Sequence record: PZ242158.1
Origin: a phage
Reading direction: 5' to 3' (one strand)
DNA length: 64,000 nt
Every line of letters begins with the position of its first letter. Within the stretch, counting starts at the first letter, position 1. A program made the position numbers and the translations under genes. Below are positions 19,308-28,277 of the stretch, piece after piece. Below the pieces are notes generated by a model, which had not been told where the DNA came from, ran no database searches, and saw only the letters and a list, made by a program, of their open reading frames with translations.

Positions 19308-19335
19308 TTGACATCTTAAACAGGTTAGCTATACT
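19308..19335 (+). promoter_or_regulatory. sigma70-like promoter
   Basis: TTGACA, 16 bp, TATACT. Confidence 0.55.
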
Positions 19336-19367
19336 AACCACATCAAAGAGAGAAAGGAGTAAACGCC

Positions 19368-19628
19368 ATGCGTAAATTAAAAAATTTTGATAAAGTTGAT
19401 GTTGTCCTGAATAATTTTTACTACTGCAACAACAAGGCCATTTGGTGGCGTGATAGTTCCACCGATAAAGTTAAAGCTCGCTTTCTCCAAGGGCACTGGC
19501 AAGGCCGTCCAGTGATTAAAATACTGGGGCAACTGGTAGCGTTTAAAAATTGCCGCCGTGTTGATGACGTTGAAGAGATCTTGAACATTTTACGCCACAA
19601 TAATTTAAAAAATAGTGTTGACAAGTAA
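19368..19628 (+). CDS. hypothetical protein
   Basis: AAAGGAG RBS; no domain. Confidence 0.55.
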   Translation: MRKLKNFDKVDVVLNNFYYCNNKAIWWRDSSTDKVKARFLQGHWQGRPVIKILGQLVAFKNCRRVDDVEEILNILRHNNLKNSVDK

Positions 19629-19645
19629 ATCTCGATAAGTATACT
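19618..19645 (+). promoter_or_regulatory. sigma70-like promoter followed by 5'-UTR hairpin
   Basis: TTGACA, 16 bp, TATACT; then GGCGGGAAAACTTCCCGCC stem-loop. Confidence 0.55.
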
Positions 19646-19702
19646 TAAACACACAGGCGGGAAAACTTCCCGCCACTAACAAAGAAAATAGGAGAAAATA
19701 TC

Positions 19703-20326
19703 ATGACCACCGTTAACATTACCACAGGTTACAATTTATCTTTCGACGTGCTGACCGACGAACAAAAAGAAAAAGCTATTGAAATGGTCCGCGAAAGAGA
19801 AGAACACAGCGGGGATAATTTTTTTGCAGAAAGTGTAATTGAACACTATAAAGAATATGTCTTTCCAGAGTACGGCCTTGAAGATACCGAAGTACGTTGG
19901 TCCGGCTTTTGGTGTCAAGGCGATGGCGCGTCAATCAGTGCTGAAAACGTGGATTTAGAAAAATTCTTGCGTAAAGTAAAGGCCCTGACCAAGTTCCGAT
20001 CAATTCGTCACTTGTTCGGCACAATGCACGATGGCGAGTTATCAGCCAGTGTTGAACGTATCCCGTTTAGCCATTATCATCACGAAAACACAATAGGAGG
20101 GTGCATCGATACTAATTGGCTAGACCTGACCACCAAGCAAGAGGACAAAGTTGAAGAGCTGGAAGAGCTGATCACCGAGACGGTACGGGAGCTATCCCGC
20201 AAGGTTTACGTAGACCTGGAGGAGGCCTATCTTGAACAGTTTACTACCGAAAACCTGATCGGCCTTATTGAAGCCAATGATTGGCGGTTTGATGTGGATG
20301 AATATGGGGAGATGAGTTTTTCATAA
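19703..20326 (+). CDS. hypothetical protein
   Basis: TAGGAGAAAA RBS; 207 aa; no confident domain. Confidence 0.6.
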   Translation: MTTVNITTGYNLSFDVLTDEQKEKAIEMVREREEHSGDNFFAESVIEHYKEYVFPEYGLEDTEVRWSGFWCQGDGASISAENVDLEKFLRKVKALTKFRSIRHLFGTMHDGELSASVERIPFSHYHHENTIGGCIDTNWLDLTTKQEDKVEELEELITETVRELSRKVYVDLEEAYLEQFTTENLIGLIEANDWRFDVDEYGEMSFS

Positions 20327-20416
20327 ATAAAGTGTTGCAATAATCTAAAAACCTGCTATATTAAAAACTCAAGGGGCGAGATGACTTGCCCCCCACAAAA
20401 CAAAGAGGAAAACATC

Positions 20417-20797
20417 ATGAAAAACACTACTAAAGCTATTGACACCGTTATGTTTAACCTGGTTACATTCCGTGAAGATATGAAAGATCTTCCACGTGAA
20501 ACAGTGTGCGACCATATCGAAAACTATCGCAAACTAATCAAAGAGTTGCCTTTAAAACGTGACCAGTACGCGGCTAACGCTATGCTTAACGCCATGATCA
20601 AAAAGATGATCCAGTGTGATTTAACTCTGGCCTATGATTATGCAGGCGGTCGTTTTGCAGTATACAATCAGCCCGTGCCCGGTATGAGCACCACCGAAGA
20701 ATTGCACGCGTTAAATCTGAAACAAGATGTATGGGATAACATGCCCCGCGTGGTGGTGTGGGCAGAAAGCGGAAAGATTTACGGCGATAATTTTTAA
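20417..20797 (+). CDS. hypothetical protein
   Basis: Internal Met after AAGAGGAAAACATC (track ORF begins 20381). Confidence 0.55.
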   Translation: MKNTTKAIDTVMFNLVTFREDMKDLPRETVCDHIENYRKLIKELPLKRDQYAANAMLNAMIKKMIQCDLTLAYDYAGGRFAVYNQPVPGMSTTEELHALNLKQDVWDNMPRVVVWAESGKIYGDNF

Positions 20798-20861
20798 TCA
20801 GGTAACAGGCGGCATATTTGCCGCCTTATTGTTAAACAGAACTGCAAAAGAGGTACATAGA

Positions 20862-21233
20862 ATGGAATTTATTATTTTGGCTGTAGTAGTTGCCTTGTTC
20901 AACGCCTGGATCGCTGGCAAGATGGGTAGATCCGCTTTTTTATGGTTTATTATATCTATTTTCCTGGGGGTGGTTGCAACTATTGTACTTGTTATCCTTG
21001 CAATTGTTGACAAGGGGAATAATAGAAAGGGTAAAGTATTTTCAGACCTGTACGACGCTCAAACATTTGTCAACGCCTACTACAGCGATCTTCCAGTCTC
21101 CCTACGTTGCAGCCTTGCACAACAGGTTTTCGATGAAGCTAAAACCAGAGATCACGCCCATGAGATTTGTTTAACTGAGGCGGATCGCCTATTTGAGAGG
21201 AATAGAAAATATGTGGACCAGCCGTTTAAATAA
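20862..21233 (+). CDS. membrane protein
   Basis: Internal Met after AAGAGG; two hydrophobic helices. Confidence 0.5.
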   Translation: MEFIILAVVVALFNAWIAGKMGRSAFLWFIISIFLGVVATIVLVILAIVDKGNNRKGKVFSDLYDAQTFVNAYYSDLPVSLRCSLAQQVFDEAKTRDHAHEICLTEADRLFERNRKYVDQPFK

Positions 21234-21432
21234 TGCCACGTTAATTAACCCCTTTAGTGAAGATTTGAAGCCAGCCGCCTGGCGGGATGGATTCAATAAC
21301 GAAAGCTTTATTTTCAGGCCTGATCTTAAGGAATTTTATAACAATGGATCGAACAACGACAGAGATAATTTTTCTTGTAATGTGCGTGGTGATAATACTC
21401 CTGGGAGCCATTGCAAACCACGTCACTGCTAA
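21211..21432 (+). CDS. hypothetical protein
   Basis: Met after AGAGGAATAGAAAAT; overlaps the upstream gene end; uncertain. Confidence 0.3.
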   Translation: MWTSRLNNATLINPFSEDLKPAAWRDGFNNESFIFRPDLKEFYNNGSNNDRDNFSCNVRGDNTPGSHCKPRHC

Positions 21433-21452
21433 CAGGAGGAAAGGGGGAGACG

Positions 21453-21572
21453 ATGACACCCAAGGATAAGCCCCGCACCGATAAGGCGCGCCGTGTTATG
21501 GTATGGCTTGAGATCATCGCCCTTGAAATATTGTTAGGCGTAGGGATGTATTTTATCGCTGTAAGTAATTGA
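21453..21572 (+). CDS. small hydrophobic peptide (39 aa)
   Basis: AAAGGGGGAGA RBS; MTPKDKPRTDKARRVMVWLEIIALEILLGVGMYFIAVSN; followed by terminator. Confidence 0.4.
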   Translation: MTPKDKPRTDKARRVMVWLEIIALEILLGVGMYFIAVSN

Positions 21573-21575
21573 TAA

Positions 21576-21615
21576 CGGCCCCGATCCCTGGGGCCTAACT
21601 TTTCAAATTTTTTTT
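21576..21615 (+). terminator. rho-independent terminator
   Basis: GGCCCC-GATCCCT-GGGGCC stem-loop followed by T-rich tract. Confidence 0.55.
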
Positions 21616-21713
21616 CTCCCTGAGTGTTGCAATCCGATCCAGAATATGGATAATAACAATCAACGGGGAGACACTCCCCACCGCATAGACAAAGTTCCAA
21701 AAGGAGAAACAAA

Positions 21714-21914
21714 ATGAGCAACAATATCCGCGTTATTAACTTCAAAAAAGAAGAAAAAATTGCCGTGCTGATTGACGGTCAAGAAATCTTTAAAGGTGAT
21801 TATGAAGATCATCAAACGGCGATTAGTATCACTCGCGTGATTGGTTACCATAATTTTTACCCTCAAGGCGCTGAGGCAGCAGTAAAACTAATTAAAGAGA
21901 TTGTAGGCCTGTAA
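21714..21914 (+). CDS. hypothetical protein
   Basis: AAAAGGAGAAACAAA RBS. Confidence 0.55.
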   Translation: MSNNIRVINFKKEEKIAVLIDGQEIFKGDYEDHQTAISITRVIGYHNFYPQGAEAAVKLIKEIVGL

Positions 21915-21916
21915 AA

Positions 21917-21961
21917 TTTATTTTTAGATGGCCTTGACTCCAGGGCCATCAATAAAGTAAA
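21917..21961 (+). repeat. 44-bp conserved intergenic element, copy 3
   Basis: Identical to copies at 17556 and 18178; directly after a stop codon. Confidence 0.6.
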
Positions 21962-22005
21962 TTTAAACCCTGTTAAAATAATCAGTGCAAAAAGGAGTAA
22001 TGATC

Positions 22006-22305
22006 ATGTTTATCCAGGCTAATAATCTTTATTTCTTTGATGGTCAGATCGTAGACGGCGTGGAGGTGGAAATCACCGGGTGCCCTGGCGGTCAGGTTAT
22101 GACTTTTCGGAATAATGCCTTTGATGATTCTCATATCGTTATGAGAATGGAAGTTAGTAAGCTGGATGACAAGAAAACACTCATTGATTATTCCGTGAAA
22201 GATCATCCAGACTACCACATGATCTATGGTGATTTGTGCATTGTTGACCGTGACAAGGTGGGCGGCATTGTGATCGCTATTGTGAACGATGTTTTCTCAA
22301 ACTAA
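22006..22305 (+). CDS. hypothetical protein
   Basis: Internal Met after AAAAGGAG RBS (track ORF begins 21985). Confidence 0.55.
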   Translation: MFIQANNLYFFDGQIVDGVEVEITGCPGGQVMTFRNNAFDDSHIVMRMEVSKLDDKKTLIDYSVKDHPDYHMIYGDLCIVDRDKVGGIVIAIVNDVFSN

Positions 22306-22322
22306 TTTCAGCAGGTGATTTT

Positions 22323-22673
22323 ATGAAAGTAAAACTATATTACCTTAATGAGCTTAACCCCCTTGCCCAGGTCCGCGCCCTGGCTAATACCTTGATTTGT
22401 GAGAAATCTGTATATTGTGTTGAGCTTAACTCCATGCGTGAACGTCTCAAAGGTGGTTACTTTGACATCCATGCTGCAATCAACGGCCTGAATATGGAAT
22501 TTATCCGCTTACGTAACAGCCGCCAGAATCTGGCAAGAATGGAACAAGATCCGGCCCACCTTCGTAAGCTGGTTATTGAAAATCATCTAATGTTTAATGC
22601 CGATGGTGATTATTACCATTTTCACCGTAAACGCTGGTACCGTAGCGGCAATATAGGAAAGAATGCAAAATAA
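22323..22673 (+). CDS. hypothetical protein
   Basis: ORF followed by terminator; no domain. Confidence 0.55.
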   Translation: MKVKLYYLNELNPLAQVRALANTLICEKSVYCVELNSMRERLKGGYFDIHAAINGLNMEFIRLRNSRQNLARMEQDPAHLRKLVIENHLMFNADGDYYHFHRKRWYRSGNIGKNAK

Positions 22674-22708
22674 GGCCCCTGGCAGGGCCTGCAGCGATAT
22701 AATCACAT

Positions 22709-22742
22709 AAAGGCTATGCGGTTGCATAGCCTTTATTATTTT
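22709..22742 (+). terminator. rho-independent terminator
   Basis: AGGCTATGC-GGTT-GCATAGCCT stem-loop followed by TTATTATTTT. Confidence 0.7.
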
Positions 22743-22879
22743 GGCGTTACAGCGGCCCCCAAGGCGCTTAAAAAATTTTTAAAGAAGTACTTGCATCAAG
22801 TCCTACAATATGGATAATAAAGGGTGTCGGGGGGCGGTGAGGCCTCCAATCATTAACCGGATAGATAGGAGTTAAAACC

Positions 22880-23164
22880 ATGGCTATTGTTACCGTTGGC
22901 GATGTAGTAGAAATGGAAGCCAAATACTTAAAAGCTGGTATGCATATCATACGGAATGATCAAGAATTGTTATTAACCATGGTTGAATATAATCCCGGTC
23001 AGGATTATCCAAGCATTGACTACTTTTTCCAGTATGTTGATGAAGAATTAAAAGAGGATGAGGCTTATCAGGGTGAATTTTGTAATTTCTTTTGCCCTGA
23101 TGAGGTTGTAAAAGTTATCTATCAACCTGGCGTACCTTTCCCGCTGCACGCTATCAACAAATAA
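22880..23164 (+). CDS. hypothetical protein
   Basis: TAGGAG RBS; followed by ACCTGGCGGGGCC box and GGGGCC-GAAAA-GGCCCC hairpin. Confidence 0.55.
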   Translation: MAIVTVGDVVEMEAKYLKAGMHIIRNDQELLLTMVEYNPGQDYPSIDYFFQYVDEELKEDEAYQGEFCNFFCPDEVVKVIYQPGVPFPLHAINK

Positions 23165-23219
23165 ACCTGGCGGGGCCGAAAAGGCCCCCAATTATGAAAA
23201 TAAAGAGAGGCAAATCATC

Positions 23220-23453
23220 ATGATGGAACAAATTAAACGCGCCGAGGCTATTAATGGCAACGTGATCTATTTTGTCAGCAAAAACGAAAAAGGCGTACCC
23301 TATGCGGCGGTAATAGTACAGCCTGACGGCGATTATTGGTGTACTGTGTACGGCGCTTATTCTTTTGGGCGTCCAGTGCATGATAAAATTTTGAAAGTAG
23401 CGAACCCTACCGGGAAAAATATCACAGCAGAAAAATTTTTTGAAAATAGTTGA
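23220..23453 (+). CDS. hypothetical protein
   Basis: AGAGAGG RBS. Confidence 0.55.
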   Translation: MMEQIKRAEAINGNVIYFVSKNEKGVPYAAVIVQPDGDYWCTVYGAYSFGRPVHDKILKVANPTGKNITAEKFFENS

Positions 23454-23476
23454 CATGACCATATAAGACTGTAGTA
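23449..23476 (+). promoter_or_regulatory. sigma70-like promoter
   Basis: TTGACA, 16 bp, TAGTAT; then GGGGC-AA-GCCCC hairpin. Confidence 0.5.
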
Positions 23477-23524
23477 TATAAATCAAAGGGGCAAGCCCCA
23501 CCAACCACAAAGAGGATAAAAATC

Positions 23525-23704
23525 ATGGCTATTATTGCAAAGACTGAGATCGTAGGCTTGGATTCTATTCTCCTCGCATATGAGGAAGCTATAGAAATGT
23601 ATGTGGTTTCCTATGGTGAGTATATCCGTGAATATAAATCTATTGATCTGGCTTTTGAATGTTATATTCGCCAGGTTAATAAAGCGTACGATGATTATCG
23701 TTAA
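23525..23704 (+). CDS. small protein (59 aa)
   Basis: AAAGAGGATAAAAATC RBS; below track cutoff. Confidence 0.45.
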   Translation: MAIIAKTEIVGLDSILLAYEEAIEMYVVSYGEYIREYKSIDLAFECYIRQVNKAYDDYR

Positions 23705-23794
23705 AATAGTTTGAAAACAAACAACCATCTTACAAAGCATAATACATAAGGCGGTGGAATGGTCCGCCACCTGGAACAAGAAGAGGAAAACAAA

Positions 23795-23899
23795 ATGAAA
23801 CAGAAATTAATTGATGCGGTGATCCTGGTTATTGCCCTGGGTATTGGCCTGATTGCAACCATGGCTAATGTGATCTTGTCTTCCAACGGTATCGGGTGA
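23795..23899 (+). CDS. small hydrophobic peptide (34 aa)
   Basis: AAGAGGAAAACAAA RBS; MKQKLIDAVILVIALGIGLIATMANVILSS. Confidence 0.4.
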   Translation: MKQKLIDAVILVIALGIGLIATMANVILSSNGIG

Positions 23900-23908
23900 G
23901 GTTGGCAA

Positions 23909-24124
23909 ATGATCACTAACAAAACAGGCAAAACGGAATTTTTACGCAACTTACAGATCGGCAAGCCTGAGATCTGGTATTGCACTAAAACACCACGTGA
24001 CGAAATGAAAGACTTCACCGCCACGCTGCAACGGGTAAAGATATCCATCACGCAGAAAAAGGCCTTGATAGTGGTGGAAGGTGAGATCCCTCAAACCGTT
24101 GTTATAGTTGAGCGTACAGCATAG
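23909..24124 (+). CDS. hypothetical protein
   Basis: ORF directly after upstream small gene. Confidence 0.5.
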   Translation: MITNKTGKTEFLRNLQIGKPEIWYCTKTPRDEMKDFTATLQRVKISITQKKALIVVEGEIPQTVVIVERTA

Positions 24125-24215
24125 TTTAATTTATACCGATACCCGAAAATTAACCAACAAAGCATAAACAGGCGGTTACCGCCGCCTTAAACGTAGCAGA
24201 AAGAGGATAGACACA

Positions 24216-24500
24216 ATGAAAAAGATGATCGCAGTGGTTGCCCTGGTTGTTGGACTTAATGCGCCTGTAATGGCTAAAGAGCTGGCAAAAGAGGTTGATC
24301 TAACGGATATCCATGCCGTCAATCAAATCGGGGTTACTTATCGCTTATGCCTTGCCGCTAAAACTTTTAATGACGGCACAACAGAGTACTACGGATTCGA
24401 GGGTATCCGGTGCGGTGAGCTTGCTCGCGACCTTAAGGAAGATCCAGACCTGGAAGATCTGCCCATCACCGTAAACGGTAAAGCTTACGTAAACCGTTAA
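24216..24500 (+). CDS. secreted or periplasmic protein
   Basis: AAAGAGGATAGACACA RBS; signal-peptide-like MKKMIAVVALVVGLNAPVMA. Confidence 0.55.
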   Translation: MKKMIAVVALVVGLNAPVMAKELAKEVDLTDIHAVNQIGVTYRLCLAAKTFNDGTTEYYGFEGIRCGELARDLKEDPDLEDLPITVNGKAYVNR

Positions 24501-24502
24501 CC

Positions 24503-24637
24503 ATGAGAAAGATAATCATCACCTTGGGGATTGTGGCGGGATCGCTGGCGCTCTTTCTCCTTATGGTTAGGTATGTGCTGATCGGTATTGTCCTGGTAGT
24601 CAGTGATCTATTGGAAACGGTTGGCACCTTGTTTTAA
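24503..24637 (+). CDS. small hydrophobic peptide (44 aa)
   Basis: Start 2 nt after upstream stop; hydrophobic throughout. Confidence 0.4.
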   Translation: MRKIIITLGIVAGSLALFLLMVRYVLIGIVLVVSDLLETVGTLF

Positions 24638-24649
24638 AGAGCGGTAAAA

Positions 24650-24841
24650 ATGAATATCGAACAAGTTAGAAAGGTATTGGCGGTACTGCGTTATCATAAT
24701 CATAGAAAGGTCATAGACGATCCTGATTATGTCGATTCAAGCCTGGAAGGGGATACACTACAAGCCATAAGTAATATGCAAGAATTGCTAAAGCGCATGA
24801 CAGAGAAAAACCGACCGGACTACATAGGCGAAAAAATATAA
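24650..24841 (+). CDS. hypothetical protein
   Basis: ORF followed by terminator. Confidence 0.5.
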   Translation: MNIEQVRKVLAVLRYHNHRKVIDDPDYVDSSLEGDTLQAISNMQELLKRMTEKNRPDYIGEKI

Positions 24842-24857
24842 TCCTTATAAACTACAA

Positions 24858-24887
24858 AACAGGGCTTGCAATGGTCCTGTTTTTTTG
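24858..24887 (+). terminator. rho-independent terminator
   Basis: AACAGG...CCTGTT stem followed by TTTTTTT. Confidence 0.55.
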
Positions 24888-24900
24888 TTATACTTGTTTC

Positions 24901-24948
24901 ACGGCAGGCACCTGGCGACGGGGGGAGACAATCACCGGGTGTGCCTGC
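24901..24948 (-). repeat. inverted copy of the CCGGTGATTGTCTCCC element
   Basis: Reverse complement closely matches copy B core at ~15905-15945. Confidence 0.5.
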
Positions 24949-24970
24949 TATATAAAAACTATAAAAACCG

Positions 24971-24999
24971 TTGACATCTGCCAGGTGCTGGGGTAGCAT
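24971..24999 (+). promoter_or_regulatory. sigma70-like promoter
   Basis: TTGACA, 17 bp, TAGCAT. Confidence 0.5.
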
Positions 25000-25054
25000 T
25001 TATCTCGAAGGGGGCAAAAGCGCCCACACAACAACCGGAAGAGAGGAAAACGCC

Positions 25055-25327
25055 ATGTTAAGCTGGATTAACCAAGAAGTTGAATCACGTTTTAATGCTA
25101 TTTGGGATCTCATCGAAAAAGAAGACGGCACATCAAGCCCCTACCTCAACAATTTGGAATTCCATTTTGTGGAAGCGATGAACGCAGAACATGATCACGA
25201 AGGTGGCGCGGATGAGTTCGCTAAAGGTTATGGCTTTAACAATGCCAACGAAATGATCGAGGCGGTAGTACTCCAGGCTGAGGAAGATTATCAATTAAAA
25301 ACGCTTGAATTCTGCCGCCGCAAGTAA
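25055..25327 (+). CDS. hypothetical protein
   Basis: Internal Met after AGAGAGGAAAACGCC (track ORF begins 24971). Confidence 0.5.
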   Translation: MLSWINQEVESRFNAIWDLIEKEDGTSSPYLNNLEFHFVEAMNAEHDHEGGADEFAKGYGFNNANEMIEAVVLQAEEDYQLKTLEFCRRK

Positions 25328-25389
25328 TAAGATAATGACACGGGCCAAAAGGCCCACTAAACAAAAACCACATAAAGAGGAAAAACATC

Positions 25390-25653
25390 ATGAAACGCCT
25401 TGATCAGCTCAAATTAGTTCAATATATGGCTTATCGTGTTCTTGAAGTCCAGAAAGGTAGCAAAAAAGAGGTTTGCGAGAAAGCTTATAAGATCTTCACT
25501 CGCAAAAAAGATGACTGGATGCTACGCCAGACCAAAAAGGCTGACATCTTGGGGTACCTGGAAGAAGAGATCCGACTTGAAGAGCAAGAAGAGATCCGCC
25601 GTAGTGAGGCAGATTATCAGGCAGCTTGGGAAAACTGGATGAGCAACAAATAA
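25390..25653 (+). CDS. hypothetical protein
   Basis: AAAGAGGAAAAACATC RBS. Confidence 0.55.
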   Translation: MKRLDQLKLVQYMAYRVLEVQKGSKKEVCEKAYKIFTRKKDDWMLRQTKKADILGYLEEEIRLEEQEEIRRSEADYQAAWENWMSNK

Positions 25654-25718
25654 TACAACAAGGTGCACGGTCAGGGGCTTAAAGCCCCTTGATCACATAA
25701 AAATTATGCTATCCCTGG

Positions 25719-25747
25719 TTGACAGGGATCGGCAGTTTTGCTATATT
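25719..25747 (+). promoter_or_regulatory. sigma70-like promoter
   Basis: TTGACA, 17 bp, TATATT. Confidence 0.55.
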
Positions 25748-25796
25748 CTTTTTTGAAGGGAAGTTGTAAGAAAATTAACTAAGAGGTAAAAACACC

Positions 25797-26216
25797 ATGA
25801 ACATTAAATCTAATAATCCGGCATATAGCTTTGATAACGCTTTTTGTCACGGTCCGGCGGCGAAAGGATTCGAAATCGATGGTAAACTAATTATTGTCAA
25901 TGTTGACGGGGAAGAGGTTGCAGTATATCCGGTGGCAGACGTAAAAAGCCGTTTACAATGCCGCATGGATGTTACCGCCTATCAGCTTGATCCGGTCCGC
26001 ATAGTTGCCCTGGTCCTGGAAGAAGAAATTAAAGCCATGCACCATAGCAACAGGTTTATTGGTGACGCTCAGGATAATATGAAGGTGTGCCGCCATAAAG
26101 TTAATGAAGTGCTTAAAGAGTACGGCTATAAAGATCTTATGATCAAACGTGATGAAAAATTCCGGTACCGTAACGACCTGGCAAATCGGATTTTTGAAAT
26201 ATACGAATCATTATAA
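25797..26216 (+). CDS. hypothetical protein
   Basis: AAGAGGTAAAAACACC RBS; last + strand gene before the non-coding switch. Confidence 0.55.
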   Translation: MNIKSNNPAYSFDNAFCHGPAAKGFEIDGKLIIVNVDGEEVAVYPVADVKSRLQCRMDVTAYQLDPVRIVALVLEEEIKAMHHSNRFIGDAQDNMKVCRHKVNEVLKEYGYKDLMIKRDEKFRYRNDLANRIFEIYESL

Positions 26217-26234
26217 TTTTTTAACTGAATTATC

Positions 26235-26259
26235 AAGGGGCTTAGGTCCCTTTCTTTTT
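26235..26259 (+). terminator. putative rho-independent terminator
   Basis: AAGGG...CCCTT stem followed by TCTTTTTG. Confidence 0.45.
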
Positions 26260-26859
26260 GTCTGCTCTTCCTCCCTACCATAAACGGCCCTACCTGGCAA
26301 GTGGAATAATTGACGAGCCATCAATCCCACACACTGTACAAATATACATGTAAAATAACTATTGCATAACCTTTCATTGTGTGGTAGCGGTGCTATTTTT
26401 ACCCGTTTTCCTTCCAAAATTGCACGTAATGCAGCTATTGCACAAAATTTAACCTGATGCGCATCTTCAATATCTTGTCAACAACTAAAAATCTTTATAA
26501 GTCATACACTTACACAAACCAAAAAGCGTGTTCTACGTGAAAAATCGAGTATAACTATAGCCGACAGATCTCAGAATTTACGTACGCTCACCATTCTATA
26601 GCCTGCTAAGTATTTATTCCGACCATAGAATAACAGAATAGTCAATACCTGCATAAAATAATTATTCGTTTAAATTGCATAACATAAATCAGCTCAGGTG
26701 TCAACATTTTTCGTAAACAGTCTGAAATTGTCACGGCAAGTTATCATAATCAGAGAAATCTTTAGTCGTCTAATGTTTACTGTACGTTACTATACTAACT
26801 GGAATCATTAGATGACTAATAGAAAGATAAGAAATAATTAACAATACAATTATTTTATC

Positions 26860-27045
26860 TGTAACAATAAGGCAACTATGCAAACGAATGGCATGGCGCG
26901 ACGGAGTCGCGACATAATATAAAAGCAGTAACCATCACCCCCGTGATAGTTTGTCTGCAATCTATTAATCAGATCATAGTTGCCTTGTATTTAGTTAATC
27001 ATGACATAACAAGCAAGGCAACTATAGATCTTCTAATAGTTGCCC
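26860..27045. repeat. iteron-like cluster (AGGCAACTAT / ATAGTTGCC in both orientations)
   Basis: At least four copies within ~180 bp plus duplicated ATGCAAACGAATGGCATGGC and palindrome CGCGACGGAGTCGCG in an AT-rich ORF-poor region. Confidence 0.5.
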
Positions 27046-27284
27046 TGCTTTTATATTATGTCATATATTATTAACTTGTTAATTGTTAGTCAGTCAAATC
27101 AACAGCGTTATCATTTCAGTCTTTATTGTTGTTGATCGTTATTGTTATCATGCAAACGAATGGCATGGCTTATCATCTCTGTATAAACAGTTTATGCGTG
27201 AACAGTGAGGCATGCAATAGTAACAATTGTTATTGTGTCATCATGTCAAGGGTAAAGTGTCATAGTATGTCAGACATGTTTTTC

Positions 27285-28277
27285 CCCTCTTTGTCAAGTG
27301 CTGCATGAAAAAATTTACAAGCTGGTATGGTAGCATTTTTGCGGCCTTGTTTACATTCAGGAGTGTATGTATAATCCTTGTTGTGTGGGCGTTTATACGT
27401 CTGGACGGTCAGAAGTCTGCAGGTTAATATCTAATCTATTGGCTGCTAACTATATCCCACACAAATGATAAGAAATATAATTGTTATATGCGTAAACTGT
27501 AACTCATGTTATCAATCCCTGTATGTATCGCCAGTGGTGCGCATAATGGGTATTATGTTAAATTGCCCGTAATGATAACAGTTCTCACAATGATAGGTAT
27601 TCTCATTCATCCACACAAAATAGGTTGCAAATGTTGTGCCACTGTGTGAACGGCCTGGCCTATTAATTTCTCTCACTGCCTCGATATTTGAGAATTGTTA
27701 TAAGAATGAGAAGTATCCATGTTTATATTACATCTACTTGGTTCAGAACCAAAATGCGCGAAAGCGTTTCACGATAACTAGCGACCACGGTCTGTTCCCT
27801 GGCGGCCATACGGCTTCTACTGAACGCAGCAGAGGGCGATAATCCCCTCTTTGTCAAGTGCTGCATGAAAAAATTTACAAGCTGGTATGGTAGCATTTTT
27901 GCGGCCTTGTTTACATTCAGGAGTGTATGTATAATCCTTGTTGTGTGGGCGTTTATACGTCTGGACGGTCAGAAGTCTGCAGGTTAATATCTAATCTATT
28001 GGCTGCTAACTATATCCCACACAAATGATAAGAAATATAATTGTTATATGCGTAAACTGTAACTCATGTTATCAATCCCTGTATGTATCGCCAGTGGTGC
28101 GCATAATGGGTATTATGTTAAATTGCCCGTAATGATAACAGTTCTCACAATGATAGGTATTCTCATTCATCCACACAAAATAGGTTGCAAATGTTGTGCC
28201 ACTGTGTGAACGGCCTGGCCTATTAATTTCTCTCACTGCCTCGATATTTGAGAATTGTTATAAGAATGAGAAGTATT
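27285..28277. repeat. tandem direct repeat: two near-identical ~430-bp copies (about 27285-27717 and 27845-28277) separated by ~128 bp
   Basis: Long stretches read identically at a ~560-bp offset; each copy contains promoter-like TTGTTT-17-TATAAT. Confidence 0.7.

Noticed and set aside
27285-28277. CRISPR array interpretation of the direct repeats
   Set aside because: Only two ~430-bp copies with a 128-bp spacer, far from the 24-48-bp repeat / 30-40-bp spacer geometry; the 44-bp elements are kilobases apart with genes between them.
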